DNA of 64,000 nucleotides from an uncultured delta proteobacterium (lineage in GTDB: Bacteria > Desulfobacterota > Desulfobacteria > Desulfobacterales > JAFDCJ01): positions 160,001 through 224,000 of the forward strand of contig CAVYNY010000018.1 of assembly GCA_963769935.1 (NCBI GenBank), given 5' to 3'. A program made the position numbers and the translations under genes. This document shows, piece by piece, positions 53,306 to 63,415 of the stretch. Position 1 is the stretch's first letter. Every line of letters starts with the position of its first letter. The notes beneath the pieces were generated by a model. It was not told where the DNA came from. It did not search any database and saw only the letters and a program-made list of their open reading frames with translations.

Positions 53306-54268
53306 CTATTTGTCATAACTCACCCGGGGATCGAAGTATGCGTAAGCCACATCCACGGCGGCATTGACGAAGACATAGATCGCCGTCACCATGAGGATAC
53401 ACCCCTGAACGACCGGATAGTCCCGGTTGGTAATGGCGCTGAAGATAAGGCGGCCGACGCCCGGGATGGAATAGATATCTTCGATGACCACCGTTCCTCC
53501 CAGCAGGAACCCAACCTGAAACCCAATGATAGTCAACACTGGGGCAAAAGCGTTTTTTAAAGCGTGTTTGAAAACGATGTAGCGTTTTGGCGTTCCCTTG
53601 GCCAGGGCGGTGACGATGAAATCCTCCCGCAAAACCTCCAGCATGGACGAGCGCGTCATCCGGGCCACGATGGCCGCCAGGATAAATGCCAGCGACGTGG
53701 CCGGCAGTATCAGATACTGAATCCCCCCCCAAAAATTTTCAAAAATTGATATCCAGCCCATCATCGGCAACAGTTTGAGCTGAACCGAAAACAACATCAT
53801 CAACAGCAGCGCCAACCAAAAGGACGGCACGGACACGGCCAGAATGACCAGGGCCATAAAAATGTAGTCGGTGTAAGTGTTGTGCCTCAATGCCGCAATG
53901 ATGCCGGTCGGCACGGAAATCATCAGCGAAAGGATCAGGGCCGCCGCGGCGACGGATATGGTTATCGGCATCCGCTCCAGGATGAGTTTGGCCACCGGTT
54001 CATCGGAAATTATCGAGGTCCCCAGGTCTCCCCGCAAAATTGCGGTCGCCCAGTTCCAATACTGCATGACAATGTTTTGGTCCAACCCCAGACGCTGCCG
54101 CATCAATTCAACTTGCTCGGCCTCGGCGCTTGAACCGAGGATGACCAAAACGGGGTCCCCCGGAACCAGATGGATCAGGGCGAAAACCATGACCGAAACC
54201 AGCCAGAGTACCGGAATAATGGATAAAAACCGCCGCACGATGTATTTACGCATTTTGGATTTTCGCAT
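53306..54268 (-). CDS. Peptide ABC transporter permease (OppB/DppB)
   Basis: PGDP, GDLG, TALAKG, HALKN and RDYPVVQG. Confidence 0.93.
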   Translation of the reverse strand: MRKSKMRKYIVRRFLSIIPVLWLVSVMVFALIHLVPGDPVLVILGSSAEAEQVELMRQRLGLDQNIVMQYWNWATAILRGDLGTSIISDEPVAKLILERMPITISVAAAALILSLMISVPTGIIAALRHNTYTDYIFMALVILAVSVPSFWLALLLMMLFSVQLKLLPMMGWISIFENFWGGIQYLILPATSLAFILAAIVARMTRSSMLEVLREDFIVTALAKGTPKRYIVFKHALKNAFAPVLTIIGFQVGFLLGGTVVIEDIYSIPGVGRLIFSAITNRDYPVVQGCILMVTAIYVFVNAAVDVAYAYFDPRVSYDK

Positions 54269-54309
54269 AGAACCGGCTCCGGAAGAGCCGGTTCCAAATC
54301 AAAAGTTCG

Positions 54310-55905
54310 CTATTCGAAATACAGGTTCCACAACCTTGTTCGATAGGCGTCAAAATCGGTGAAACCTTGGAGGTTTTTCTTAAAGGCCCCGGTGTTGTTA
54401 ATGTAAAAGTTGATCATATACGGAACATCTTCGCAGGTAATCTTGTAGATCTCCCGGAAAAGGCGGTTGCGCGCTTCCAGATCGACGGTGTCGTTCATCT
54501 GGTTGCGAAGTTCGTCGATTTTCTCGTTCTTATAGCCGTAAAAGTTTCCCGAGCTTAAATTCCAGGTCTGGGCGACCGGGTCCATCCGGCCGATCATGGC
54601 AAATGAAAGTATTTCGTGCTCGGCCTTTTTCCACCTGGCCAGGTGGGTGGCCCAGTCGACGACCTCGATTTCGGTATTTATCCCCACGGCGGCCCACATG
54701 GCCTGGGCGGCCACGACCTGGTCGTACATGGGGGTGTAGTTTTTGGAGGTCAGAATTTTGAGTTTCTCACCATTGTACTTGCTTTTTTTCAGAAAGTCTT
54801 TGGCCTTCTCGGGATCGTAGTTGGGAGCCATTTTCTCCAGATCCGGAGTGTACGCCGGCAGCTTGGGTGAAATAACCGAGAACGTTGGGGTTCCGTAGCC
54901 CCAAACCGCTGCTTTGGTAATCTCCTCCCGATCGAGGGCATACGCCATGGCCTTGCGAAAATTCAGATCGGCCAGGATGGGATTGTTAAAGTTGACATAG
55001 AACATGTACCAGACGGCATCCGGGGGCAAGGCGCTGTAAACGGTGATGTCCTCGCGCTTCTTCAAATCGTCGATCATGTGGTAGGGCAGCACCGACGTGA
55101 AATCAACATCGCCTTTGTCAAGGGCCATGATGCGAGTGGAGGGTTCCTTCATGACGTAGTATTCCAGCCGATCAAAGTAGCGGTGCCTTGTCCCCAGCAG
55201 ACCATCCACCGGACCGTCAGCCGAGGCGTAGTCGTCGAAGCGGTCCAGCACGACTTTGCTGTCTTTGACCCACTGAGCCCACTTATAGGGGCCTGTTCCG
55301 ATGGGCGTGACCACCTTGTTGCCGTTGGCTTCCAGGTCCTTTTTGCACATGATGGCAATGGTTCCCACGTCGGTGGCCAGGTAATTGAGCAGGTTTGCCA
55401 TCTTGGCCGAGAGCACCACTTGGACCTGATACGGCCCTGTGATCTTGACTTCGGCAACCGGTTTGAGGTTGTTGGCATGGAAGCCGGGTAATTTGTCGTC
55501 GCGAGCCCGGTCCAGCGAAAATTTGACATCCTCAGCCGTCATCTCCTGTCCATTGTGGAATTTTACGCCTTTTTTCAGGTTCATGGTCATCAGCAGACCG
55601 TCGTCGCTGAACTCGTAATTTTCGACCAGAAACGGCTTGATGTTGTTCTTGCCGTCATAGGTAAACAAGGTCTCATAGACGGTCATGCCCAATACAGCGT
55701 TGTCGATCTCAGCCGAGGTTTGGTGCAGATCGATCTGGGTCAGATCGGTGGGCATGGTCATGCGCAGCACCCCGCCGCGCTTGCCCGCCGCCTGGGACGG
55801 CCCGGCGATCATGACCAATGCGGCCAAAATCAGGAGCATTATGCAGACCGGTCCGCTCCATCGACGCGCCAGGGGTTTTAATTTCGGAATTAATTGAGAC
55901 ATCAT
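54310..55905 (-). CDS. Family 5 ABC substrate-binding protein (OppA/DppA)
   Basis: Signal peptide, GVKFHNG..TAEDVKFS and PIGTGPY. Confidence 0.92.
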   Translation of the reverse strand: MMSQLIPKLKPLARRWSGPVCIMLLILAALVMIAGPSQAAGKRGGVLRMTMPTDLTQIDLHQTSAEIDNAVLGMTVYETLFTYDGKNNIKPFLVENYEFSDDGLLMTMNLKKGVKFHNGQEMTAEDVKFSLDRARDDKLPGFHANNLKPVAEVKITGPYQVQVVLSAKMANLLNYLATDVGTIAIMCKKDLEANGNKVVTPIGTGPYKWAQWVKDSKVVLDRFDDYASADGPVDGLLGTRHRYFDRLEYYVMKEPSTRIMALDKGDVDFTSVLPYHMIDDLKKREDITVYSALPPDAVWYMFYVNFNNPILADLNFRKAMAYALDREEITKAAVWGYGTPTFSVISPKLPAYTPDLEKMAPNYDPEKAKDFLKKSKYNGEKLKILTSKNYTPMYDQVVAAQAMWAAVGINTEIEVVDWATHLARWKKAEHEILSFAMIGRMDPVAQTWNLSSGNFYGYKNEKIDELRNQMNDTVDLEARNRLFREIYKITCEDVPYMINFYINNTGAFKKNLQGFTDFDAYRTRLWNLYFE

Positions 55906-56077
55906 TGCTCCTCCTTTTTTGCGGTTAGGATTGTATGGCCGGCTGATAACACCAACCGACCCGGAATTATGTGCCCATCAGGGTTCATTTTATCTATTAT
56001 CTTAGCGGACCCGTATCGGCGGTAATTTCCGAATTCCGGCCGAATCGGTTCCAGGAAATCTGCCCGGTCTATTCCCA

Positions 56078-57344
56078 TTATTCCGCGAGGCCGCACCAAC
56101 GCGCCAAAAATAGAGCATAGACCTTGGCCGTATAAATGACGCTTTCGATGGTTACCCTCTCGTTGGCCGCATGGCTGTTTTCCGCCACCGGGCCGTAACA
56201 GGTCGCCTGCGCCCGGGTAAAATGATGAAATGCCCGCACATCGGTGGTGGCTGTTGAAATTCGTTCGGTCGTATCCTGACCGTAAAACTCACGGTGACAA
56301 TCGTTGAGGATGTTGAAGGCCGGCTGGTGACGATCAGCGACGTGACCCTCGGATCTGAAACCATAAAATTCGATCTGCGGTTGATTTTCGGTCAGCCAGG
56401 GGTCCGACTGTGCCGCCCGCGCGATGGTTTCTGTAATCCGCTGCCGCATCTGATCATAAGTAGTTCCCGGGATAAAAGGACAGACGGCAGTGGAACTCGG
56501 CCGCCGCCGGCACGGTCGACGGCCAGTCACCGCCTTTGATGATCCCGATGTTCAAATTAATGGGATGGTTAATGCCTTCATAAACCGGATGGATCTCCCG
56601 GTTCATTTCGGCTTCCAATTCTCGCAGGGCAGCTATGATGGGAATACATTTTTCGATGGCATTGACTCCGGCCTGGGCTTCGTAAACATGCCGGGGCACA
56701 CCGGCGAGGCTGACTTTGAACCACAGCACACCCAATTGAGCGATCAGGATGGCGGGACCGGTAGGTTCGGGGATAAGGACGGCATCCGCCTCATAACCTG
56801 CCGCCACGCAGGCCACCGCACCGTTGCCGCTGCATTCTTCCTCGATAACGGCTTCGATGGTAACCGGAGCCCGAAAGCCGAAGCCGGATTTTTCAACCGC
56901 ATGGACGGCATAGGTCATGGCGGCCACACCGGATTTCATATCCCCGGCACCTCTGCCGTAAAGCCAGCCGTCCTTCATAACCGGCTCGAACGGATCCGTG
57001 TCCCACAGACCCAGCGGTTCCGGGCTAACCACGTCCAGATGGCCGTTGAATATAACGCTGCGCCCCCCATCGACCGCAGCCTCTCTTTTGGCGATCACAT
57101 TGTAGCGGCCCTCATAGGACCAGGGCACCGGGGCAAACCCGGGGTGCTGCGAAAGCTTAACCGGGTCCACCGGAACCCTGACAGGGTTAAATGAAAGTCT
57201 CGTCAGTTCCGACTCCATGACCCGCAGGACCGAGGCTTCATTTTCCAAGGTGCTCGGCTCGGCCACGAGCCGGCAGGCGAAATCGATAATGTCATCAGCC
57301 AGGTTATCGATGCGCTTAATGATTTGGTTTTCTATTTTTTTCAA
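56078..57344 (-). CDS. M20 ArgE/DapE-family deacylase, frameshift near 56475
   Basis: NGHLDVV, GRGAGDMK, IEEE, GGDWPS; the C-terminal HAANE is in the next frame. Confidence 0.88.
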
Positions 57345-57464
57345 CTTTGAACCGCTCAATTTAGGTTTAAGTAAGTGGGCAGGGTAATCACCCACACGAC
57401 CTCGGTGGTAACCGACCCCGGATTCAAAAAAATCCATCATAAAAATACTTAAGTCAAGAAAAAA

Positions 57465-58604
57465 TCACGCATTCAGGCGATTGTATAACCTCATAATTTC
57501 AATCAACCGGTTGTGATCGATAGCCTCCACCATATGCCCGGCGGGTTTAACCGTGGTCATGGATTCGGCCGCGATCAGGGCATTGACAACAGCCTCTTCG
57601 ACGGCCTGAATCGTTGCGCGGTAAATATCATCGAAATAATGATCGTTGATATAGTTCAGGGTGAAGTTCACCGGCTGCCGGCCGTGCATGTTGGGCAGGT
57701 CGATATCGTTGGCCGTTGAAAAGGCCAGAAAAATATCGCCGGAGTAATTGCCGCCGGGAGTTCCCGTGCGCCCGATGCCGATGGCAGCCCGTTTGGCAAC
57801 CCGGCGCAGCTGGATCGGCAGCATGGGAATATCGGTGCCGACAATGACAATAATGGAGCCGGTTTCGCGGGCGTTTATCTCACTATAGACGGCGTTTTCC
57901 GGCATGTGGCGGCCGACGGGCACCCCAAGAATCGCGAGATCTTTGCGGGCACCGAAGTTGGACTGCACCAGCACACCGACCGTGTACTCCGTTAACCCGG
58001 TCCGCACGATCCGGGATGCGGTACCGGTGCCGCCTTTGAACTCGTAGGTCACCATGCCCGTGCCGCCGCCGACATTACCTTCGGCGACAAAACCCGAGGC
58101 GGCTGATTTTATAGCGGCGAGCACATGTTCTTCTTTGAGATGCCGGCCGCAGATATCATTGGTCAACCCATCGTAGGTCTCGGCGACGATCGGCATGGCC
58201 CAGCCGTGATCATCCTGCAAAAAGCTTTTATATTGGTCGATCATCCAGCCCACTACGGCATGGTGCGCCATGCCAACCGAATGGGTATTGGTAATGCAAA
58301 TCGGGCTGATAAAGTATCCGGCCTCGTTGATCCAGTGGATGCCGGTCATCTCGCCGTTGCCATTGAGGTTGAAATGACCCGCCCAAATAGGATGTGGGCG
58401 ATCTTTTTTCCCCCGCGGCAGAATAGCGGTGACTCCCGTGCGGATCGGCCCCTTGCCGACCTGGACCGGACCCTCGCCCTCGATCAGGGTCGTAAATCCA
58501 ACTTCAACGCTTTTTACATCGGTAATGGCGTTGAATCTTCCGGTCACGCCGTCCAACGGCAACCCCAGATCACGCGCTCTCGGCTTGCCAGAAAATTTAC
58601 TCAT
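57465..58604 (-). CDS. dmpA: DmpA/P1 (S58) aminopeptidase
   Basis: RARDLG, NAITDV, NGNGEMTG, EGNVGGGTGM, autoproteolysis site G|SIIV, and SGDIFLAFST. Confidence 0.9.
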   Translation of the reverse strand: MSKFSGKPRARDLGLPLDGVTGRFNAITDVKSVEVGFTTLIEGEGPVQVGKGPIRTGVTAILPRGKKDRPHPIWAGHFNLNGNGEMTGIHWINEAGYFISPICITNTHSVGMAHHAVVGWMIDQYKSFLQDDHGWAMPIVAETYDGLTNDICGRHLKEEHVLAAIKSAASGFVAEGNVGGGTGMVTYEFKGGTGTASRIVRTGLTEYTVGVLVQSNFGARKDLAILGVPVGRHMPENAVYSEINARETGSIIVIVGTDIPMLPIQLRRVAKRAAIGIGRTGTPGGNYSGDIFLAFSTANDIDLPNMHGRQPVNFTLNYINDHYFDDIYRATIQAVEEAVVNALIAAESMTTVKPAGHMVEAIDHNRLIEIMRLYNRLNA

Positions 58605-58681
58605 CCAGCTTCCCCCCAAAGATATCTGAAAGCTAATTTTTCTGTTTTCAGATTAGGATAGTTAGTTAATACTAAAATATT

Positions 58682-58778
58682 TAATTAATCCGCCTAACCT
58701 AAGACCAAATAACATTCTTCAGTTTTCCATGAAAAATTTACCACCCTGACTGTGCCATATTTGAGGACGGATTAATCA
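58682..58778 (-). repeat. 97-bp MITE-like element
   Basis: taattaatccgcc ... ggacggattaatca; homologous to 42798-42894. Confidence 0.8.
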
Positions 58779-59633
58779 GCTGATCTTTTTATGCAGTTTC
58801 AGCGGTCCAATCGATTTAAAAATATCTCCCTTAAGCATATCCTGCTGGTATACGGGAAATTTTCCTTTATAATTTGCCAGCGCTTTCCAAATCTGACACT
58901 GACCTAGCGTGCCGTATTCTCTCACACGCGCAGTGTGATCCAGATCAATGATTTCCGTCATGATAATCTCGCTTTCACCGGAAGTCTGCAGGACCCGTCC
59001 TTCAGGATCAACGAAGATCGACTGGCCGACCCCTCCGACGCCAAGGCCATTGATGTTAAAAAGGTAAAGCTGGTTTGAGATCGCATTGGCCCGGGCCAAA
59101 ATCAACTCCTGGGCCCGGTCCGAGGTGTAGGTGGCCGTTGGACAAAAAACCGCTTCAGCTCCCATCCAGGCAAGGCTGCGGGTCAACTCGGGAAACCAGA
59201 GGTCATAACAGATGCACAGTCCAAACCTGCCTTTTTGAGGGATATCAAAGATGCAAAAATCCTCCCCGGCTTCGGTTTCTTCCAGGGGACGCCAGGGAAA
59301 AATTTTGCGGTAGCGGGCCGCAATTTCACCATCCGGAGTGATAACCACTGCGGTGTTATAGATTTTATCTATTTCTTTCTCGTAAAATGAACCGGGTATA
59401 ATCCATTTGTTGTTCTTTTGAGCCCAGCCGATAATTCTATCCAGGGAAGGATTTGGAATCGACATGGCCAGATTCATGTCCAGACCGCTCATGCAGAGTT
59501 CGCTGAAACAAATGATATCCACCCAGGGAAACAGGGCGGCAACGGTATTCAACTGTTTCAGCATCCGATCCGTGTTGTCCCGCCCATGGACCACATGCAT
59601 CTGGATTCCGGCAATTCCAAGATTTCTGGCCAT
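58776..59633 (-). CDS. Nitrilase/carbon-nitrogen hydrolase
   Basis: Glu-Lys-Cys triad in FSEL, YRKIFPW and ICYDLWFPE. Confidence 0.92.
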   Translation of the reverse strand: MARNLGIAGIQMHVVHGRDNTDRMLKQLNTVAALFPWVDIICFSELCMSGLDMNLAMSIPNPSLDRIIGWAQKNNKWIIPGSFYEKEIDKIYNTAVVITPDGEIAARYRKIFPWRPLEETEAGEDFCIFDIPQKGRFGLCICYDLWFPELTRSLAWMGAEAVFCPTATYTSDRAQELILARANAISNQLYLFNINGLGVGGVGQSIFVDPEGRVLQTSGESEIIMTEIIDLDHTARVREYGTLGQCQIWKALANYKGKFPVYQQDMLKGDIFKSIGPLKLHKKIS

Positions 59634-59699
59634 GCGCCCTCCATATGATTAAATTTTCCGCGGTTAATTTGTCTTCCACAGTCGGGTTTTCGAATTCTG

Positions 59700-59897
59700 T
59701 TGATTCAATTTCCGACTTCCGCATGTTTGCCGGGTCATCGCTTTAGCGAAGACGGGTCCCACCTCCGACTTCAAAATTCCGTTTTCCGCCGTCTGCTTGC
59801 CGCGGCGAAGTTCGACCGGTTGGGTCGTCTTGTTCCGTCAAAGCTTAAAGAGCGAAGTCGGAAATTGAAAGCGAAGCCCGAAGAGCGAAGACGGGTC
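59700..59897. repeat. Nested GCGAAG REP-like repeats
   Basis: gcgaagcccgaagagcgaagacgggtc (59871-59897) matches 62121-62147 at 26/27. Confidence 0.75.
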
Positions 59898-60540
59898 AAT
59901 AGTTAATGACACAGTGCACATCCCGCATAAAATCTGCCGCCTCAACCGCATTGCCCTTTTCAATGAGTTCAATGAGCGTCTGATGCTCTGAATAATTCAT
60001 TTCCTTCATCTTTAAACTCCAGTCTTTCTTTCCGAATTCAAATAGCCGCTGGCGGATGATAATGAGCTGATGCAAAATCCGTGTGTTTGACGACAAATCC
60101 AGATACACGTGATGAAATGCCGTATTCAGATCCCAGTACTGATAAAACCTATCCTCAGCAATATTGGCGTACATCTCCTGGTTGATTCGCTTCATTTGTT
60201 CGAGTTCGTGCGAACCAATCTTGTCAAAGACGGAAAGAAATGTCCGGGAATCCAGGGCCCCCAGCATCTCGTACATATCTTCGATATCCCGCTGGGAGAG
60301 CTCGTTGATGCGAATTCCCCGCTGGGGCAGAAAGGTCACAAAGCCTTCATTTTGAAGCTGCAAAAGGGCGTCTCTGAGCGGTGTACGGCTGATGTCCAGG
60401 TTTCGCATGATTTGATTCATGCTGACAAACATACCCGGCTTTAAATTTTCCGCCTTCAATTCATTGCGCAGATACTCATACACTTGACTGCGCAAAAGTT
60501 GATTCCCGGCTGGAATAGAAATATATGATTTAATTTCCAT
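59896..60540 (-). CDS. GntR (FCD) transcriptional regulator
   Basis: ISRTPLRDALLQL..EG; FCD motifs NTAFH and EH. Confidence 0.92.
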   Translation of the reverse strand: MEIKSYISIPAGNQLLRSQVYEYLRNELKAENLKPGMFVSMNQIMRNLDISRTPLRDALLQLQNEGFVTFLPQRGIRINELSQRDIEDMYEMLGALDSRTFLSVFDKIGSHELEQMKRINQEMYANIAEDRFYQYWDLNTAFHHVYLDLSSNTRILHQLIIIRQRLFEFGKKDWSLKMKEMNYSEHQTLIELIEKGNAVEAADFMRDVHCVINY

Positions 60541-60608
60541 AGGTTAAAAGTCAGCGCTCAGATTATGTAAGGGAGATAAATAATGACGGCAGCTTGATTA
60601 CCAACTGA

Positions 60609-60636
60609 TATACTAGTATACTAATATATCTGTCAA
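60609..60636 (-). promoter_or_regulatory. Candidate GntR operator and promoter
   Basis: Perfect palindrome TATACTAGTATA at 60609-60620, just downstream of minus-strand TTGACA (60636-60631). Confidence 0.5.
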
Positions 60637-60670
60637 AATATTTTTTCATGCTGAAAAAATATATTTGATT

Positions 60671-61945
60671 CTATTTTCCCTTTTTACATGAACACCATTC
60701 TACGGTAGCGAGCGCAATCGCTTTGGTTGTTAAAACCAGCGAATCCAATTCGGCATATTCGTCAAAGCTGTGATAATTGCTGCCGTTGGGACCAAAACAA
60801 ATGGAGGGAAATCCGAAATAGGAGGAAAACCGGTTGTCCAGGCCGGCGGTGGCGCCGGAAACCTCCAGCTTTTGACCACAGACAGCCTCGAAACATGGCA
60901 AAACGGTTTTTATGAAGGGATCCGCCGGGTCCTGGTACCAGGGATCCGTCTGCCAGCCGAACCATTCAATTGCCGGCGGATGCGCTTTCAGCCACTCGTC
61001 GGTTCGGGCTACATCTTCAATCACCTGCTCCACGATAGCCTTGATCTCAGCCTTGCTTTCTCCCGGGATAAAGGAGATCCGGCAGGCCATTTCCGCAAAG
61101 CCGGCTACCGTGGAAACCCAGTCGCCGGCTTTGAGGGTGCCGATGTTCAGATGGCAGGAGCGGCCCTCGATCTTGTGATATAGAGGAAATATCACCTTCT
61201 TGCCCCGGCGCCGGTCCAGATCCACCATGGCTTCATACACCTTCATCATCTTGCCGATGGCGTTGACTCCTAGGTGGGCGTGACCGGCATGGGCGGTCAG
61301 GCCCGTTATTCTTACCCGAAAATACAAAATGCCGGTATGGCTGATCACCGGCATCATGAAGGGTTCGGTGATGATCATGCCGTCGGCGGTGTCGCCTTCC
61401 ATGAAACAGGCCAGGGTGCCCCCGGCGCCGCCGGCTTCTTCCTCGACCACGCTTTGCAGCATGACATCACCGCCCGGTTCGATACCTGCATTGCGCAGTG
61501 CTTTGAGGGCATACAAATTAGCGATCACTCCGGCTTTCATGTCCACCGCCCCCCGCCCATAAAGCCGGTTTCCTTCAATCTCAGCGCCCCAGGGATCATG
61601 CTGCCACTGGTCCACCGGTTCCGGGGAAACGACATCGACATGGCCGTTTAGAATCATCGATTTTTTATTGGAATCACCGGGCAGCAGTCCGATGACATTC
61701 GGTCGCCCTTCAAACGGCAGACCGCTTTCCACATAGGCTGAATGCTGTCCGACCTTTTTCTTGTCAGCCTCAAAAGTTTTCACATCCAGTTCCAAACCTT
61801 CATACTGCCGTCGCATGAAATCCTGGGCCGCACCTTCGTTGCCGACCACGCTGGGAATTCGCACCAATTCGGCCAGCGTCTCGATCATTTCCTCCCGCAG
61901 CCTGTCTACAACAATCTCTATTTTCGCTTTTATTTTTTCTTCCAT
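60671..61945 (-). CDS. M20 ArgE/DapE-family deacylase
   Basis: NGHVDVV, GRGAVDMK, VEEE and HSFDE. Confidence 0.92.
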   Translation of the reverse strand: MEEKIKAKIEIVVDRLREEMIETLAELVRIPSVVGNEGAAQDFMRRQYEGLELDVKTFEADKKKVGQHSAYVESGLPFEGRPNVIGLLPGDSNKKSMILNGHVDVVSPEPVDQWQHDPWGAEIEGNRLYGRGAVDMKAGVIANLYALKALRNAGIEPGGDVMLQSVVEEEAGGAGGTLACFMEGDTADGMIITEPFMMPVISHTGILYFRVRITGLTAHAGHAHLGVNAIGKMMKVYEAMVDLDRRRGKKVIFPLYHKIEGRSCHLNIGTLKAGDWVSTVAGFAEMACRISFIPGESKAEIKAIVEQVIEDVARTDEWLKAHPPAIEWFGWQTDPWYQDPADPFIKTVLPCFEAVCGQKLEVSGATAGLDNRFSSYFGFPSICFGPNGSNYHSFDEYAELDSLVLTTKAIALATVEWCSCKKGK

Positions 61946-61982
61946 TGGACTAATTCCTGTATCTGTATATTAATGCTTTTTA

Positions 61983-62147
61983 TTTCCGAATTGCGCATGC
62001 CTGCCGCGTCATCCTGTCCCGTCGTAGTCAAGCTGCAAGCTTGACGAAGTTGAAAGCCCCTCAGGGCGACGGCGGGTCCGAATTCCAAATTCAAGATCCT
62101 CTTTTTTTCTGCCTGCCGCGGCGAAGCTCGAAGAGCGAAGACGGGTC
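61983..62147. repeat. GCGAAG REP-like repeats
   Basis: ctgcctgccgcggcgaagctcgaagagcgaagacggg, plus the hairpin cctgtcccgtcgt..cgacggcggg. Confidence 0.7.
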
Positions 62148-62791
62148 TAATACCCAAGAAATTCCCCCACGAGCTTCACATGGATTCTCCCTTCAATCAT
62201 ATGGCCTTCAATCGTGCTCCAGATATTGCAGATTCGCTGGGGGGAGCGGCAATCCGAACACAAGCCGGTCTCGACACAGGGGTTTTTGAGCCCGTAGCGA
62301 ATATTGTTGACCGGCGCGGCGTAGTGCTTGACGCGGGCAATGGCCGATTCCAGATCCGGTGCAACCTTGTTCATTCCGACTACCAGAATTACTTTTTTGG
62401 GGCCGAATGCCATGGCCGCCACGCGGTTGCCCATCCCGTCAAGGTTGACCAAGCGACCGTCCAACGTTATGGCGTTGGTGCTGGCAATCATAATATCGGC
62501 TGTCAGCCCCTGGCGCCTGAGTTCCAGGCCCTCTTCCCGCGACAGTTCAGGGCGGTAAGGGTCAATCAGCTTTACCCCCGGCAGGGCGGCAATGGCCTCC
62601 CACAGGCCGATATCCACGGCGGTCATAGATCCACAGCGAAAGACGGTTGCACCCTGCGGGATCATTGCGACTATCTCGTCCCGGGCCGTGGCGGCGCTGG
62701 CGCTATAACTGCCGGCCATTCGGCGTTTTTCAAGATTTTTGATAATTTTTCCCGCGACTTTCTCGTTCCAGGCGACCTGGTATTCATCCAT
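62147..62791 (-). CDS. LUD-domain protein (lactate utilisation LutC/YkgG-like)
   Basis: GSMT, STNAITLDGRLVNLDGMGNRV, GMNK and CxxxGxCxDC..RIC. Confidence 0.85.
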   Translation of the reverse strand: MDEYQVAWNEKVAGKIIKNLEKRRMAGSYSASAATARDEIVAMIPQGATVFRCGSMTAVDIGLWEAIAALPGVKLIDPYRPELSREEGLELRRQGLTADIMIASTNAITLDGRLVNLDGMGNRVAAMAFGPKKVILVVGMNKVAPDLESAIARVKHYAAPVNNIRYGLKNPCVETGLCSDCRSPQRICNIWSTIEGHMIEGRIHVKLVGEFLGY

Positions 62792-62943
62792 AAATTTCCT
62801 CCTTTTGGAATCTCGGTTTTTTTAATTTTTTGTGAATCCATCATACCCGATGATATCTGAATATCAATCAAAAAATCGTCGCCTATCGCCGAAAAGCTGC
62901 CGGTTGCAGCAGCACCATACTCCAAATATTTTAATTTTTTTGC

Positions 62944-62972
62944 TTTACATGGGGCCATTTGGCCACTATAGT
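62944..62972 (+). promoter_or_regulatory. Promoter and operator of xre-res
   Basis: TTTACA-17 nt-TATAGT with palindrome GGCCATTTGGCC in the spacer. Confidence 0.65.
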
Positions 62973-63010
62973 ATAGCTGTGCGCCAAACTGTAAAACCGG
63001 AGGAATTCTC

Positions 63011-63415
63011 ATGCACGTTCAATCGATCGGCATCGAGTCAAAAAATATCGATGATCTGATTTTAAAAGTCGAAAGAGGCCTGCCGATAAGCTCTTTTGAA
63101 AAACTGAAAAAAAAGCTGGGGGTATCGGATAATTTTTTATCCCAGATTGTCAATATCCCCAAACGCACCTTAACCCGCCGCAAACAGCAGGGCCGGTTGA
63201 ATACTCAGGAATCGGAAAAAGTGCTGCGGGTCGCACGGCTATACGACCGGGCCCTGGAGGTATTCGAAGATTCAGAAGCGGCCGAAAAGTGGCTTAAGGA
63301 GCCGGCCCGGGGTCTGGGCAACGCATCCCCTTTAAACTATGCCAAAACAGAGCTGGGTGCTCAGGAAGTCGAAAAGCTGCTGACCAGAATTGAGCACGGC
63401 GTATTTTCAGGATGA
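63011..63415 (+). CDS. Xre/MbcA/ParS antitoxin (DUF2384)
   Basis: RTLTRR..ESEK..KWLKEP..LG..PL..IEHGVF. Confidence 0.9.
   Translation: MHVQSIGIESKNIDDLILKVERGLPISSFEKLKKKLGVSDNFLSQIVNIPKRTLTRRKQQGRLNTQESEKVLRVARLYDRALEVFEDSEAAEKWLKEPARGLGNASPLNYAKTELGAQEVEKLLTRIEHGVFSG

Noticed and set aside
50419..62860. Long plus-strand ORFs such as 51672-52289, 56490-57194 and 62180-62860
   Set aside because: Antisense shadows of well-supported minus-strand genes, with no motifs of their own.
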